Positions 1 through 10,892 are shown, counted from the stretch's first letter. The stretch is 64,000 nucleotides of DNA from Gemmatimonadota bacterium (GCA_040389905.1 JAZJZK010000011.1:9042-73041); one strand, 5' to 3'. The notes: a model not told the origin generated them from the letters alone. Numbers and translations are program-made.

Positions 1-2
1 AC

Positions 3-332
3 TGGGCCAACGCGATCTCGATGGCCACGCCAATCGCCCACAAGGGTGTGGTTGCCGGCGCGAAGGTTCAGGCCATGACGATGATCGACATCCTGCTCAC
101 GCCGCAGATCGTCACCGACGCGTGGGATTACTTCAACAACGTGCAGACGAAGACGGTCAAGTATCGTCCGTTCTTCGCGCCAACCGACCAGCCGCCGATC
201 TGGCTCAATGAGGCCACGATGGCGAAGTACCGTCCGGAGATGAAGAAGTTCTACTACGATCCGAAAAAGTACGACAGCTACCTCAAGCAGCTGGGGATCG
301 AGTATCCGACGGTCAGAAAGATCGTTCCGTAG
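3..332 (+). CDS. C-terminal part of an M20/AbgB-like amidohydrolase (5' truncated by window)
   Basis: Frame open from window start: WANAISMATPIAHKGVVAGAKVQAMT...YLKQLGIEYPT resembles the C-terminus of AbgB-like amidohydrolases. Confidence 0.7.
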   Translation, partial: WANAISMATPIAHKGVVAGAKVQAMTMIDILLTPQIVTDAWDYFNNVQTKTVKYRPFFAPTDQPPIWLNEATMAKYRPEMKKFYYDPKKYDSYLKQLGIEYPTVRKIVP

Positions 333-404
333 TCTCCGAACCGGCGCGGGAGGAGCGGCGAGATTCTTGCCTTTTCCTCCCGCAACCTGATGCGAGGATG
401 AGCC

Positions 405-1244
405 ATGTTATGGAAGGACAATGGGCGCAGCTCCAATCTCGAAGATCGCCGTGGATTCGGTGGACGCGCAGGACTGGGCATCGGTGGGACTGCCGTCCTG
501 CTCATCTTGAGCCTGGTATTCGGCCGCAATTTCTTCGATGACGTCGGCGCGGGTACCGGTTCCGGCGTTATCACAGAGTCCAATGGGCGGCTCGCTCCCG
601 AGGATTCGGCGAGAGAAGAGCCGGAGGTGCGGTTCGTTTCGTTCGTCTTCGACGACGTCCAGAGCACGTGGGCGAAGGTGCTTCCGCAGTTCAACCAGCA
701 GTATCACGACGCCCGAATCGTTCTGTTTCGCAATGCCACGGATACGGGGTGCGGGACCGGCCAGAGCGCGATGGGGCCATTCTATTGCCCTACCGATGAG
801 AAGGTGTACATCGATCTTGCGTTCTACGAGGAGCTGAAATCGAAGTTCGCCGCCGCCGGTGACTTCGCGCAGGCGTACGTCATCGCACACGAGCTCGGTC
901 ATCATGTGCAGCACATCCTCGGCACCGACAGGCAGGTGCAGCGGGCAGCGCAGCAAGGCGGCGCTTCGGCGAATCAGATGTCCGTGAAGCTGGAACTCCA
1001 AGCCGACTGTTTTGCTGGCGTGTGGGCGCATTCGACCGAGCAGCGACGGATCCTGCAAGCCGGTGATGTGGACGAAGCGCTGACTGCGGCCGCGTCGGTT
1101 GGCGACGATCGCATTCAGGCGCGCACGAGCGGCCGCGTCAATCCGGATTCCTTCACGCACGGTTCGGCTGAGCAGCGCGCGTCGTGGTTCAAGCGCGGAT
1201 TACAGAGTGGCGATCCCCGGAGCTGCAATACCTTCGGCAGCTAG
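405..1244 (+). CDS. Neutral zinc metallopeptidase, YpfJ family
   Basis: N-terminal SSNLEDRRG plus TM helix, GPFYCP, HELGHHVQ zinc motif, ELQADC, FTHGS. Confidence 0.9.
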   Translation: MLWKDNGRSSNLEDRRGFGGRAGLGIGGTAVLLILSLVFGRNFFDDVGAGTGSGVITESNGRLAPEDSAREEPEVRFVSFVFDDVQSTWAKVLPQFNQQYHDARIVLFRNATDTGCGTGQSAMGPFYCPTDEKVYIDLAFYEELKSKFAAAGDFAQAYVIAHELGHHVQHILGTDRQVQRAAQQGGASANQMSVKLELQADCFAGVWAHSTEQRRILQAGDVDEALTAAASVGDDRIQARTSGRVNPDSFTHGSAEQRASWFKRGLQSGDPRSCNTFGS

Positions 1245-1313
1245 GGTAGGAGCTTCGGCTCAGGTGAGCCTCGCTGGCCTCTTTCGCCCGGTGAGAGGAG
1301 TCCTCATTTGAAA

Positions 1314-1403
1314 CGCAGAGGGCGCAGAGGAGCAGAGGTTCGCAGAGGACTTCGGAACGGCTTCGCTGTTCCTGCGAACCTCTGCTCCTCTGCGTCCTCC
1401 GCG
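1314..1403. repeat. REP-like inverted repeat (CGCAGAGG family)
   Basis: cgcagagggcgcagaggagcagaggttcgcag ... ctgcgaacctctgctcctctgcgtcctccgcg; a half copy recurs at 19579-19615. Confidence 0.8.
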
Positions 1404-1480
1404 GTAAAGTTGACAACGCCTCTCATCCCGGCCTGGCAGCAAGCGATGCGGTCCAGATCCCTGAATAACCCGCAAATAGA

Positions 1481-1511
1481 AATCCCCCGTCCTGCCACCG
1501 GACGGGGGATT
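1481..1511 (-). terminator. Intrinsic terminator hairpin downstream of the Ig-domain gene
   Basis: AATCCCCCGTCC-loop-GGACGGGGGATT stem between convergent genes, followed by a T-rich tract on the minus strand. Confidence 0.7.
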
Positions 1512-1528
1512 CCATCATTGAGCCCAAT

Positions 1529-2887
1529 CTACGGACGAATCGGGAACGATCCGTACGGCAGGTTCGGGATGGTCGGACTCGTGAACGCGAAGAACACGGT
1601 GCCGGCTGTCGTGAATGTGGGGATGGAGAAGATCAGTTGGCCATTCGCATCGCTCGTCGCGGACGACGTGTACGTGGCATTGCCGGGCGTGACTACCGCC
1701 GTCGCCGTGACTGAGACGCCCGCCAACTTGACGTGATTGCCTTCCACATCGGCCAGCTGCGCGACGAAGTTGCTGCTGGGAACCCCGACCTGGTACGACT
1801 GCGGAATATTGCTGATCGCGAGAATTTGCGTTGGCGGAACGACAGGTGGTGTCGTCGCCGTCGCCGAAATCGTCACCGGTGCCAACCCCGGGAACGACGC
1901 CTCGAAGTTGTACAGGCCGGGGGTGCGGCCCGGCTTGATCAAGGTGCTCGCGCGACCATCCGTCGCTTGCGTCGAACCGACCGCAATGCCAACCGAGCCC
2001 TCGTTCAACGCCCGGAAGTTGATCAGCTGGCCACCCATGACCTTGCCATCGGTCGCAACCAGTTCCACCGTGAACTGGACAGGTAGATTTTGGCCACCCG
2101 GCCCCGTCTGGCCGCCCCCCGCGACGAGCGAGAGGCGAAGGGGCGTTGGGAGAATCGTCACCCTCGCCGACCCTGAAATCCCGGACGTCGACGTGGCCGT
2201 AATGGTCACCGTACCACGCGGACCGCGCGGCGTCACACGCGCGTTACCAGCGCCTGCGGTTGGAGCAACGGTCGCGATGTTCGGGTCGCTCGATGACCAC
2301 GTCACGGCGACGTCGTTGACACCGCGCCCGCCGTCATCGAACGCCGTCATGATGACGTCCTGGACTCGCCCTGGCTCCAACACGGCGTCTCCGGGCGACA
2401 CGGAAATGCTCTTCACCGTGAAGCCGGGGCCGACATACTTCAGGGTGACCGTCTGCGGCGGATTCGACGAGGACGTTGGCGAATCGGAATCCTTCGCCGT
2501 CACACGTTGGAACGACGCAAACTGGAGCAGCCCATTGGAGTCGCGCAGCTCGATGTTCGCGTCCATCTGCTCGTCCTTCGTGGACGCGTTGACGAACACA
2601 TCGATGGAAATCTCGCTCTGTCCGTCGGGGAACGTGACGGTCGTGTCCGCGGCGATCTCGCCGCTGAGCGTGTAGATCTTGATCTTGATCGTCAGGGCAG
2701 CGAGGAGGCCACGAGACTCCAGCGCCTTGTAGGCAGTGACTGCTTCCGGCGACCATTGCGGAGCGAACGAGAGCCGTGCCCTGAATGGACGCATGGTGCT
2801 CGTTACGCGCGTGCCGGTATCAGAGCAGGCGAGGGCCGCGCACGCGAGGGCGGCGGCCAGCAGCGAACGGGAGTATGTGCGCATCAA
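1529..2887 (-). CDS. Lipoprotein with bacterial Ig-like (Big) domains
   Basis: Lipobox ALAC; SISVSPG...VTWSSSDPNIATV Big_2-like repeat; GGGQTG Big_1-like repeat. Confidence 0.8.
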   Translation of the reverse strand: MMRTYSRSLLAAALACAALACSDTGTRVTSTMRPFRARLSFAPQWSPEAVTAYKALESRGLLAALTIKIKIYTLSGEIAADTTVTFPDGQSEISIDVFVNASTKDEQMDANIELRDSNGLLQFASFQRVTAKDSDSPTSSSNPPQTVTLKYVGPGFTVKSISVSPGDAVLEPGRVQDVIMTAFDDGGRGVNDVAVTWSSSDPNIATVAPTAGAGNARVTPRGPRGTVTITATSTSGISGSARVTILPTPLRLSLVAGGGQTGPGGQNLPVQFTVELVATDGKVMGGQLINFRALNEGSVGIAVGSTQATDGRASTLIKPGRTPGLYNFEASFPGLAPVTISATATTPPVVPPTQILAISNIPQSYQVGVPSSNFVAQLADVEGNHVKLAGVSVTATAVVTPGNATYTSSATSDANGQLIFSIPTFTTAGTVFFAFTSPTIPNLPYGSFPIRP

Positions 2888-3004
2888 CGGAAGGAGAGTG
2901 ATTCGACGCGGCGAATTTGGGGTACGAAGGACGCCGACATATGAATGATATGTCTATTAATGGCGAATGCCAGCTTTTTTTCCGTGCGCTAGGGCACAGT
3001 GCGG

Positions 3005-6000
3005 CTAGCGGGAATCGAGTTTTCGGCCGGCGTTCAGGTTGTCGAAATTCAGCATCGCGTTGAACACCAGGAAGTAGCTCCCGACGGTCATTCCCCGGTA
3101 GATCGGGTTATTCGCGAACAGCACCACGTGGCCCTTGTCGTACGGCGCGTCGACCACCACGGGCCGCTGCGCGACGTCGGTGCCGTCCAGTAGCCCCGAT
3201 GCCAGAAGGTCCCGCTGCTCCGTGAAGCGAAGCGCCACTCGTGGCCGTTGCTCGATGGGAATGATGTTGAGCGGGTTCCGGAGCTGATCTTCGGAAATCG
3301 GCGCCGCTTGCCACGGCTGGACGGTGACCGGAGCTGGGGCGACGTTCTTGGGATCGAGGCTCGGAAAGCCCGGCACGAAGTCCGGATCGTCGGCCAACCC
3401 TCGGCCCGTTGGACGCCCGCCACCACCCCCACGTCCGCCGCCACGACCGCCGAAGGTGTTGCTCACATTGAAGCTCTCGCCCTCACTGCTGTAGACCGCC
3501 AGGTTGTCCTGAATGCCATAGACGATCGGGCTCGCATCGTCCACCACCTTCGTACGCAGAAGACTCCCCACCACATGCAGCCGAGGTGGGGTGTTCTGGC
3601 TGACACCTCGCCCAAACCCGCGCTGGATGGCGAAGTCCGTCGCGTTCTCGGAGGTGATGAAGACACCGCCTTTCGACACGAAGTCCTGAAGGTTCGCCAA
3701 GCCGGTCAGTCCCATCCCGGGCCGAATGTCGTCCGTTTGCGCATAACTCCCGAAGTTCGGAGTCTCCGTGCTGCCCTTCCAGGGCATGGCATTCCGCCAC
3801 ATCGGAAGCCCGTTGACGATTTGCTCCGAGGAGCCTCCCGTTGGAGGGAAGATGATGACGTCGTACTTCGTATTGAGGTTCGCGACCTTGGCGAGATCCT
3901 GATTGCTGATGTAGTCGTATGGGATCTGGAGGAAGTCGAACGCCTGACGCCACCAGCCCTCGGTCTGCGTCGAGATCCAGGTGTGCATCAGCGCGACGCG
4001 CGGCGCGCGCGTCGGATGCATCTTCACCGTCGGCGCGCTGCCGAGCGCGTAGGCCTTGATGCCCAGCTCCTTCGTCACGCGATCCAGCTCGCCACTCGCG
4101 ATGCCGCGAATGATGAACGAGCCGCGATTGAACTTCTGGCCCGCAGCCTCGAACGGCTCTTCCGCCGCTTGCATATCGACCGTCGCGAGCTTGTAGCGCA
4201 ACGTTACCAGGGCGTTGTCCGCGTTATGATTGATCGCGAACACGGTTCCTGTGCCATTCACGCCGCCACGCGGATCGACCGACTGCACGCGCTCCATGGG
4301 CGTGTCGAGCACCTTCGCATCGACCACGCGCGTCGTCATCACGTTGAAGTTTTCCGGGAATGACCACCCCGTATCGTCGTAGGGTGTTTTCTGCGGATCG
4401 TTCGGGCTCCAGTACTGGTGATCGAGCAGTGCGTCCGCGATGCGTGAGTACGGCTGGTCCATGCGGATGATGTAGCTACCCGCAGGAAATTGCCGAGTCT
4501 CGGTCGCGGTGCTTGCCGCGGAGTCCGATCCGGCCGCGCCGGCTCCGCCGCGTCCGCCCGCGGGCCGGCGCACTGGCAGTGAGACGCTGAAGGGCGCCGT
4601 CGCGCGCGAGATCTCAACACGCTGCTTCAACAGCACCTTCAACAGGTCCGCCTGCGCACCGGGCCGAGGATCATTCGCCGTCAGAACGTACGCGGCTGGC
4701 CCTTCGATCTTGGCTCGGGTAACCGACCGCTTGCTCTTCTCGTAGAAGTTCTGGAGGAGTTGGTGACGGTTGTTCGCGAAGTAGAAGAGCGAGACGAGCA
4801 ATCCCGTTTGCTCGTAGTTGTTGTTGTTGCGGAGCGACCACATGACGCGCGGGAGGGGCGGGTTCTGCCGCCACCATGTGCGCGACGTCTGATCGGGCGA
4901 GAGCGTACGTTCGATCGTCTCCGCGGAGCCACCATTGCCGAGCGTCTCGTACAGGCGGCTGATGCCGTTGTGAGTCGCGGCGATGAACATCAGATAGCCC
5001 GGCGACCATGTGTCGAAATTCCCGTGCGCGTACACCCCCGGCATGCCGAGCCGCGTCATCTCCTGCACGTTGTTCCAGCCCATCATCTGCCACTCGTTGG
5101 TGAGCAGGGGATCGACCCACGCGTTGTACGGGCCGTCGCCGATGGTGTTGTCGTAGAGGTACTGACCGGATTCATGCAGGTCGTGCAGCACCTGCGCCTT
5201 CCAGTCGACGTATGTGTTCAGCACGTTCTGCGTGAGCTTGAGCGTCACGCCCATCGCGTCGCGATTGTTGTCGTGCGCCACGTACTTGCCCCAGTACAGC
5301 AGGCCGGGATACGTCTCGCCTGGGTGCGCCATGTGCCACTTGAACAGGTCGACGACGCGGTCGCGACCATCGACTTCGACGATCGGCGTGATCAGCGTGA
5401 TGACCTTGCTGCGGATGTGCTTGATGTATGGGCTCTCGTCAACGGCGAGCCGGTACGCGAGCTCCATCAACGCTGTCGGGGCGCCTGACTCCGTCGAGTG
5501 AATCGAGCCAGTGATGTAGTAGACCGGTGTCACGTCCTTCACGATCGCTTCGGCCTGACGATCATCCATGTTGATCGTGCGCGGATCGGCGAGCTTTGCG
5601 AGCTTTTCGCGGTTGCTCTCCAGCTTCGCCAGAATCGCCTCGTCCGCGACGGCGACGGCGATCATCTCGCGCCCTTCCTCCGTCGTGCCGATCGACACGA
5701 CCTTCACGCGTGGGGAACTCTTCGCCAACAGCCGCATGTACGCGTAGACGTCTTTCGAATACGGCAGGTTGTTCTTCGCGCCCGCAATGTCGCCGAGCAC
5801 AGCCATCGGCGTCGGCACCGACTTTGACGCGGGCAGGTAGTCCACGAGCGGAGACAGGAAGAACTTCTCGGTGGTGTACTCGAGAATCTTCTTCGTGTAG
5901 GCCTCGTCGATCGGCTGGTTGGGGGAGCGACCCGGTTTGGCAGTGGAGAGGTCGGCGGCTGACTGCGCCGTCGCGGTGGCTGCGGCGAGGGAAAGCAGGA

Positions 6001-6040
6001 CGATCAACGAGAGGCCGAGACGCTCGGTCAGACGCTGCAT
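3005..6040 (-). CDS. Secreted M14 family zinc carboxypeptidase
   Basis: Signal peptide; GSIHSTE (HxxE), DNNRD and DLHE motifs; C-terminal GATase-like domain. Confidence 0.88.
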   Translation of the reverse strand: MQRLTERLGLSLIVLLSLAAATATAQSAADLSTAKPGRSPNQPIDEAYTKKILEYTTEKFFLSPLVDYLPASKSVPTPMAVLGDIAGAKNNLPYSKDVYAYMRLLAKSSPRVKVVSIGTTEEGREMIAVAVADEAILAKLESNREKLAKLADPRTINMDDRQAEAIVKDVTPVYYITGSIHSTESGAPTALMELAYRLAVDESPYIKHIRSKVITLITPIVEVDGRDRVVDLFKWHMAHPGETYPGLLYWGKYVAHDNNRDAMGVTLKLTQNVLNTYVDWKAQVLHDLHESGQYLYDNTIGDGPYNAWVDPLLTNEWQMMGWNNVQEMTRLGMPGVYAHGNFDTWSPGYLMFIAATHNGISRLYETLGNGGSAETIERTLSPDQTSRTWWRQNPPLPRVMWSLRNNNNYEQTGLLVSLFYFANNRHQLLQNFYEKSKRSVTRAKIEGPAAYVLTANDPRPGAQADLLKVLLKQRVEISRATAPFSVSLPVRRPAGGRGGAGAAGSDSAASTATETRQFPAGSYIIRMDQPYSRIADALLDHQYWSPNDPQKTPYDDTGWSFPENFNVMTTRVVDAKVLDTPMERVQSVDPRGGVNGTGTVFAINHNADNALVTLRYKLATVDMQAAEEPFEAAGQKFNRGSFIIRGIASGELDRVTKELGIKAYALGSAPTVKMHPTRAPRVALMHTWISTQTEGWWRQAFDFLQIPYDYISNQDLAKVANLNTKYDVIIFPPTGGSSEQIVNGLPMWRNAMPWKGSTETPNFGSYAQTDDIRPGMGLTGLANLQDFVSKGGVFITSENATDFAIQRGFGRGVSQNTPPRLHVVGSLLRTKVVDDASPIVYGIQDNLAVYSSEGESFNVSNTFGGRGGGRGGGGGRPTGRGLADDPDFVPGFPSLDPKNVAPAPVTVQPWQAAPISEDQLRNPLNIIPIEQRPRVALRFTEQRDLLASGLLDGTDVAQRPVVVDAPYDKGHVVLFANNPIYRGMTVGSYFLVFNAMLNFDNLNAGRKLDSR

Positions 6041-6152
6041 TGGCGACTGGGATTTGGGGGAACGCTCAAGGGAAGGACAGCGAGGATCATCGGGCGTGGG
6101 GCAGGGGGAGTCAAGGGTTCCCCACGCCGAGTCGGCACTGCATTTCAGATAT

Positions 6153-6338
6153 CAGATTCTCAGGTGCTCAGCTCGCAGCCGCAGCACACAGATTGTCAGG
6201 GGGTGTTGCGTCCGCTCGTTTGTCGCCCTGCAAAGCGAAGGGCCTGAAGCTCGGCCCGGTGATGGGAATCGACACCTGATCGCCACACCCCCTGGTACTC
6301 TGACAGCTGCGGCGGATGGCTGAGCACCTGTAAATCTG
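6153..6338. repeat. Nested palindromic repeat element (REPIN/MITE-like), copy 1
   Basis: Outer arms cagattctcaggtgctcagc/gctgagcacctgtaaatctg; inner arms cagattgtcagggggtgttgcg/cgccacaccccctgg; related copy at 10391-10529. Confidence 0.75.
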
Positions 6339-6421
6339 TCAGTCTGACGTGTCTTTGCGCAGTCTGACGTGCCGTTGCTGCGAAGTTTGCAACAGCTGCG
6401 TCCTCCCCCACATTTCTGATC

Positions 6422-7270
6422 ATGAACGTCCACCTCATCCTCGTCCCCTACGACTCCGGCCACCGCGATCTTCGCATGGGTCGTGGCCCCTCCCGATTGT
6501 ACGAGGCTGGCATTTCCTCGGCTCTCGAGCAGACTGGCGCGAAGGTCACGGTTACCACGATCGACCTCCCTTCCGACTCCTTTCCAGCGGAGGTCGGCGC
6601 GGCGTTCGCGCTCAACCGCTTGCTCGCGAGCACCGTTGCTGAGGCGAAGGCGGCGGGTGCGCTTCCAATTGTTCTCGCCGGCAACTGCAATACAGCGATT
6701 GGCACCGTCACCGGTCTGCATGCCACAAACGGACGCATCCCCGCGGTCTGCTGGCTCGATGCGCATGCGGACTTCAACACGCCGGAGACATCGAGTAGCG
6801 GCTTCCTCGACGGAATGGCCGTCGCGATTCTCACGGGCAGGGCGTGGCGCGCCATGACACAAACGGTCGAGAGCTTTCAGCCCGTACCCGAGTCGCGTGT
6901 CGTGCTGGTGGGCACTCGCGACTATGATCCGATCGAGGAGGCGTTGCTGGTCAGCTCGCCCATTCGCCGAGTGCCCGTAGGAGAACTGGGTGTGGGATTC
7001 GATGAGGCACTCGACGCGATTCATGCAGAAGCGCCGACGATGTATTTCCACCTCGATCTCGATGTCGTGGACATCTCCGAGGGCTCGGCGAACACGTTCG
7101 CGTGCGCCGGCGGACTCTCCCGCACGAACGTGCTCGATGTGTTCGAGCGCGCGACGAAGAAACTCGAACTCGGCGCGTTGGCGATTACGGCGTATGATCC
7201 GACCAACGGGCCGGATTTGCACATCGAAGCGCTGGCGTTCGCGGTCGCGTCAGCTGCGGTGCGCAAGTAA
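6422..7270 (+). CDS. Arginase/ureohydrolase family protein
   Basis: DAHADFNTP, GMAVA and HLDLDVVD metal-binding motifs. Confidence 0.88.
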   Translation: MNVHLILVPYDSGHRDLRMGRGPSRLYEAGISSALEQTGAKVTVTTIDLPSDSFPAEVGAAFALNRLLASTVAEAKAAGALPIVLAGNCNTAIGTVTGLHATNGRIPAVCWLDAHADFNTPETSSSGFLDGMAVAILTGRAWRAMTQTVESFQPVPESRVVLVGTRDYDPIEEALLVSSPIRRVPVGELGVGFDEALDAIHAEAPTMYFHLDLDVVDISEGSANTFACAGGLSRTNVLDVFERATKKLELGALAITAYDPTNGPDLHIEALAFAVASAAVRK

Positions 7271-7289
7271 GGGGTGGGGTCGAGCCGGT

Positions 7290-7370
7290 GGGGTCGGAGT
7301 CGTTGAAAAATGGTACGCTGCGGCGGCGGGGTCGTTTCCGGGGGTCGGAGTCGTTGAAAAATGGTACGCT
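7290..7370. repeat. Two perfect 30-bp direct repeats with a 21-bp spacer
   Basis: ggggtcggagtcgttgaaaaatggtacgct at 7290-7319 and 7341-7370. Confidence 0.85.
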
Positions 7371-7391
7371 ACCTGTGAGGAGCGGAAATAC

Positions 7392-7460
7392 CGGATGCAA
7401 CGGATAACAGCCGGATCAAACCCTGAGGGTTCTTGATCCGGCTGTTATCCGTTGCATCCG
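7392..7460. repeat. Perfect 28-bp inverted repeat (REP-like hairpin) between convergent genes
   Basis: cggatgcaacggataacagccggatcaa ... ttgatccggctgttatccgttgcatccg. Confidence 0.85.
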
Positions 7461-7525
7461 TTTAATCCGTTCCTAAAGCTGATCGATCCGCCCCGCCGCG
7501 ATTCGACAGACGCGGCGAAACGATC

Positions 7526-9766
7526 TCACCCCCACTTGAGATCCTGACCCGACAACGGCAACGTCCGAATCCGCTTGCCCGTCGCCGCAAAGATGGCGTT
7601 ACAAAGGGCCGGCGGAGCAGGCGGCAACGCCGGCTCGCCGAGTCCGGTCGGCGCGATCGAATTACTGACGAAGTGCACCTCGACTGGCACTGCTTCCGCA
7701 AAGCGCAGGAGCGGGAAGTCGTCGAAGTTCTGCTGCACGACACGACCCTTGTCGATCGTGATCTCCTGGCCCAGCGCCTGTGCGAGACCATCGAGCACGG
7801 AGCCCTGGACCTGATTCTCGGCGTTCAGCGGGTTGATGACCTGGCTTCCGATGTCGCCCGCGACCCACACCTTCTCGATCGTCAGCTTGCCGTCCTTGCT
7901 CACGCTCGCCTTTGCCACCTCCGCGAAGTAGCCGCGGTGGCTGAAGTGGAATGCGACGCCCATGCCGGTGCCCTTGGGGAGCGCTGTCTTGCCCCAACCA
8001 GACTTTTCGCGGACGAGTTCCAGGACCGCGATCGCGCGTGCGGCGTCGTACGGTGCAGGCTGCGGCCCGTTTGCTCCAGCGGCGGGCGGTGCGTCCGGAA
8101 TCGGGCTCTTGAGCAGGTCGATCCGGAACTGCAGGGGATCCTTGCCCGCCGCGTGCGCCAACTCGTCGACAAACGACTGCGTCGCGAATGCGATGCCATT
8201 GCTGCCGGGCGCGCGCAGGAAACCGGTCGGTACGCCAAGTGGCATGACCGACTGGTCGATCGCGAAGTTCGGGACGAAGCGCGCGGGGAACTCGGTTGCG
8301 CCAAGGCTCGCGCCCGGCGCAGAGGCTTGTCCGTTCTCGCCGAAGGAGACGAAGTGATTGCGCCACGCGATGATCTTGCCCGCCGCATCGACGCCACCGG
8401 AGAAGTGGTGGAAGCCCGCCGGACGGTAAAAGTCGTGCTGGATGTCGTCTTCGCGTGTCCAGAGGAGCTTGACCGGCGCGCCGGCGACTTTCGCGATCCA
8501 CGCGGCCTCGACCATGTAGTCATTGCTCAACCGGCGACCGAATCCGCCACCGCCGCGCGTGAGATGCACCGTGATGTTCGCTGCATCCAACCCCAGCGTT
8601 CTCGCAACCAGCGTTCGGCCGCCATCGGGCGCCTGTGACGGCGCCCAGATTTCCATCTTGCCATCGGCCTGCATGTGCGCGGTGCAGTTCTGCGGCTCGA
8701 GCGACGCATGTGCGATGAACGGATAGAAGTAGTCGCCCTTCACGGTCTTCGCGGCATTCGCAAGCGCGGCGTCGACATCGCCATCCTTGCGAACATTTCG
8801 CTGCGGCGCCGCCTTCGAGAATGCCGCCGCCTGCGCGGCGAACCCGGTGCTGCTCTGCTGCGCCGTCGTTCCCTCGTCCCACGTGACCTTGAGCTTTGAA
8901 CGCGCGCTCCTTGCCTGCCACCAACTATCGGCAACGATGGCGACGCCCGGCTGCAGCCCGGCCAGTCCGGGGGTGCCGTCGACGACGAACGCGTGCGTCA
9001 CACCAGGGAGTGCCTTGATCGCCTCGACGTTCGCGCTCGCGACCTTGCCGGCGAACACGGGACATTTCACGAACGTCGCGTACAACATGCCTGGCACCGT
9101 CACATCGATGCCGAACATCGGCTTGCCGCGTACGATATTCGGCACATCGACACCACGGATGCGCTGGCCGATGATCTTGAAATCCTTCGGCTCCTTCAGC
9201 TTGACCGTCGCGAGGTCTGGCGCTGGAATCGCCACCGCCTTTGCTGCGAGATCGCCGTACGATGCGGAGCGCTTGCTCGCGCGATGCCACACAACACCCT
9301 TTTCAGTTTCCAACTCGGCGGCCGGAACGCTCCACTGTGCCGCGGCGGCGCCGACCAGCATGCCACGCGCTGCCGCGCCGACGCGCCGCATCGACAGCCA
9401 GTTGCCTGGCGTCGCACTGCTGCCGCCCGCCACCTGGCCTGGATAGTTCTTGGGGTCGAGATCACCCTGCTCGACGCGCACCTTGCTCCAATCGGCGTCG
9501 AGCTCTTCGGCGATCAGCATCGGCAGCATCGTCTTGACGCCCTGGCCGACCTCCGGGTTCTTCCCGATGATCGTGATCAGGCCGTCCGCGGTAATGCGGA
9601 TGTACGCATTCAGCGTCGCATCGGCAGGAAGTGCGCTGCCGAGTGTTTCCATTGCGCCAAGTGGCTCGATGTAGCTGGCGAGTAGGATTCCACCGCCAGC
9701 GATTGCCGAGACGCGGAGGAAGTCGCGGCGCGAAACCGGCGTGGCCATCTTCTCGGACGCGCTCAT
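7526..9766 (-). CDS. Molybdopterin-binding subunit, isoquinoline 1-oxidoreductase beta (IorB)/xanthine dehydrogenase family, Tat-exported
   Basis: Start MSASEK overlaps the upstream stop (ATGA); Tat [28 protein letters not shown] motifs. Confidence 0.9.
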   Translation of the reverse strand: MSASEKMATPVSRRDFLRVSAIAGGGILLASYIEPLGAMETLGSALPADATLNAYIRITADGLITIIGKNPEVGQGVKTMLPMLIAEELDADWSKVRVEQGDLDPKNYPGQVAGGSSATPGNWLSMRRVGAAARGMLVGAAAAQWSVPAAELETEKGVVWHRASKRSASYGDLAAKAVAIPAPDLATVKLKEPKDFKIIGQRIRGVDVPNIVRGKPMFGIDVTVPGMLYATFVKCPVFAGKVASANVEAIKALPGVTHAFVVDGTPGLAGLQPGVAIVADSWWQARSARSKLKVTWDEGTTAQQSSTGFAAQAAAFSKAAPQRNVRKDGDVDAALANAAKTVKGDYFYPFIAHASLEPQNCTAHMQADGKMEIWAPSQAPDGGRTLVARTLGLDAANITVHLTRGGGGFGRRLSNDYMVEAAWIAKVAGAPVKLLWTREDDIQHDFYRPAGFHHFSGGVDAAGKIIAWRNHFVSFGENGQASAPGASLGATEFPARFVPNFAIDQSVMPLGVPTGFLRAPGSNGIAFATQSFVDELAHAAGKDPLQFRIDLLKSPIPDAPPAAGANGPQPAPYDAARAIAVLELVREKSGWGKTALPKGTGMGVAFHFSHRGYFAEVAKASVSKDGKLTIEKVWVAGDIGSQVINPLNAENQVQGSVLDGLAQALGQEITIDKGRVVQQNFDDFPLLRFAEAVPVEVHFVSNSIAPTGLGEPALPPAPPALCNAIFAATGKRIRTLPLSGQDLKWG

Positions 9767-10266
9767 TGTCCCCTCCCGTTGCCCTTGCTCGCCCCGCCGT
9801 CCGCGGCTTGCGACTGCAGTTCGGCGGCGCGGTGAATTGCGGCGCGAATGCGGAGATACGTTGCGCAGCGGCAGAGATTCTCGTTCATCGCATCGTCGAT
9901 GTTCGAGTCGCTCGGCTTGGGGTTCCGCGCGAGCAACGCCGAGGCGGACATCATCTGGCCGGCCTGGCAGTATCCGCACTGCGGGACATCGAGCTCTTCC
10001 CACGCACGTTGAACGGGGTGTGTCCCGTTGGCGGACAGCCCTTCGATGGTCGTGATGTTCGCGCCTTGAACCGATGAGATCGGCGTCATGCAGGAGCGCT
10101 GCGCGGCGCCATTGAGGTGCACGGTACAGGCGCCACATTGCGAGAGGCCACAGCCGAATTTGGTGCCCTTGAGGTCCAGCGTGTCGCGAATCGTCCAGAG
10201 CAGGGGCATGTCGCCCGGGACATCCACGGTCTTTTGCTGGCCGTTGATCTTGAAGCTGACCTTCAT
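9763..10266 (-). CDS. 2Fe-2S subunit, IorA/CoxS family
   Basis: [16 protein letters not shown] and QCGYCQ...CRC motifs. Confidence 0.93.
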   Translation of the reverse strand: MKVSFKINGQQKTVDVPGDMPLLWTIRDTLDLKGTKFGCGLSQCGACTVHLNGAAQRSCMTPISSVQGANITTIEGLSANGTHPVQRAWEELDVPQCGYCQAGQMMSASALLARNPKPSDSNIDDAMNENLCRCATYLRIRAAIHRAAELQSQAADGGASKGNGRGQ

Positions 10267-10390
10267 GTGGGGACCTCGAGGAGGTGCGAGGCGGGTGGGG
10301 CAGGCGTGCCCGAATCAAAACAATCTGGGGAGTCCCCGCGGGGGAGTCCAGAGAATTCTACGCGACAGTCCGGTAAAGCGTTTCCGATGC

Positions 10391-10529
10391 CAGATTCTCA
10401 GGGGCTCAGCTTGCCGCCACAGCCAAACAGATCTTCAGGGGGTGTGGCGTAGGGGGTGCGACGCACCCAAGCGCCACACCCCCTGAGAATCTGCTAGCTG
10501 TGGCTGACCTCTGAGCACCTGAAACCCTG
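10391..10529. repeat. Nested palindromic repeat element (REPIN/MITE-like), copy 2
   Basis: Same outer (cagattctcagg..ctcagc / ctgagcacctg) and inner (ggggtgtggcg / cgccacaccccc) arms as 6153-6338, with a different loop. Confidence 0.75.
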
Positions 10530-10562
10530 CAGCCTGAACCGCAGTTCAGCCTCAACGGTAGC

Positions 10563-10892
10563 TCAAACGTCGATGTAGATCGCCCCATCTTCTATGCTCA
10601 ACCCAACCCCCGCCGCGGTCGCGGCCTCCTGGAGCGCCGCCTCGAGCATCACGACAGGATCCGGACTCACGTCGAGCCGACGCATGATGCCCTCACCCTT
10701 CTTGCCCGCCGCGGTCAGCGTGACCTTGAGCCCACGACGCTTGCATTTCACGCTGGCGCCGTCAGGAAGCGTCGCATTCATGGGCTTCACGAACGCGTCG
10801 ATGTAGTGCACCCCGATGCCTGACTTGTCGAGCATCACCGATGGCAGCTTGTCCTTCGCTGCTGGATTCACGTCGCAAAGCTTCTGTTTCAT
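10563..10892 (-). CDS. Hypothetical protein, last gene of methyl-transfer operon
   Basis: ATGA overlap with the upstream gene; MKQKLCDVNPAAKDKLPSVMLDKSGIG, 109 aa. Confidence 0.7.
   Translation of the reverse strand: MKQKLCDVNPAAKDKLPSVMLDKSGIGVHYIDAFVKPMNATLPDGASVKCKRRGLKVTLTAAGKKGEGIMRRLDVSPDPVVMLEAALQEAATAAGVGLSIEDGAIYIDV

Noticed and set aside
7290..7370. Mini CRISPR array
   Set aside because: Only two repeats, a 21-bp spacer, no leader and no cas operon; the Cas4-like pseudogene 31 kb away looks phage-derived
9767..10318. N-terminal extension of the 930-aa IorB ORF
   Set aside because: Overlaps the real iorA gene in another frame; the true start is the ATGA-coupled Met at 9766 before the Tat motif
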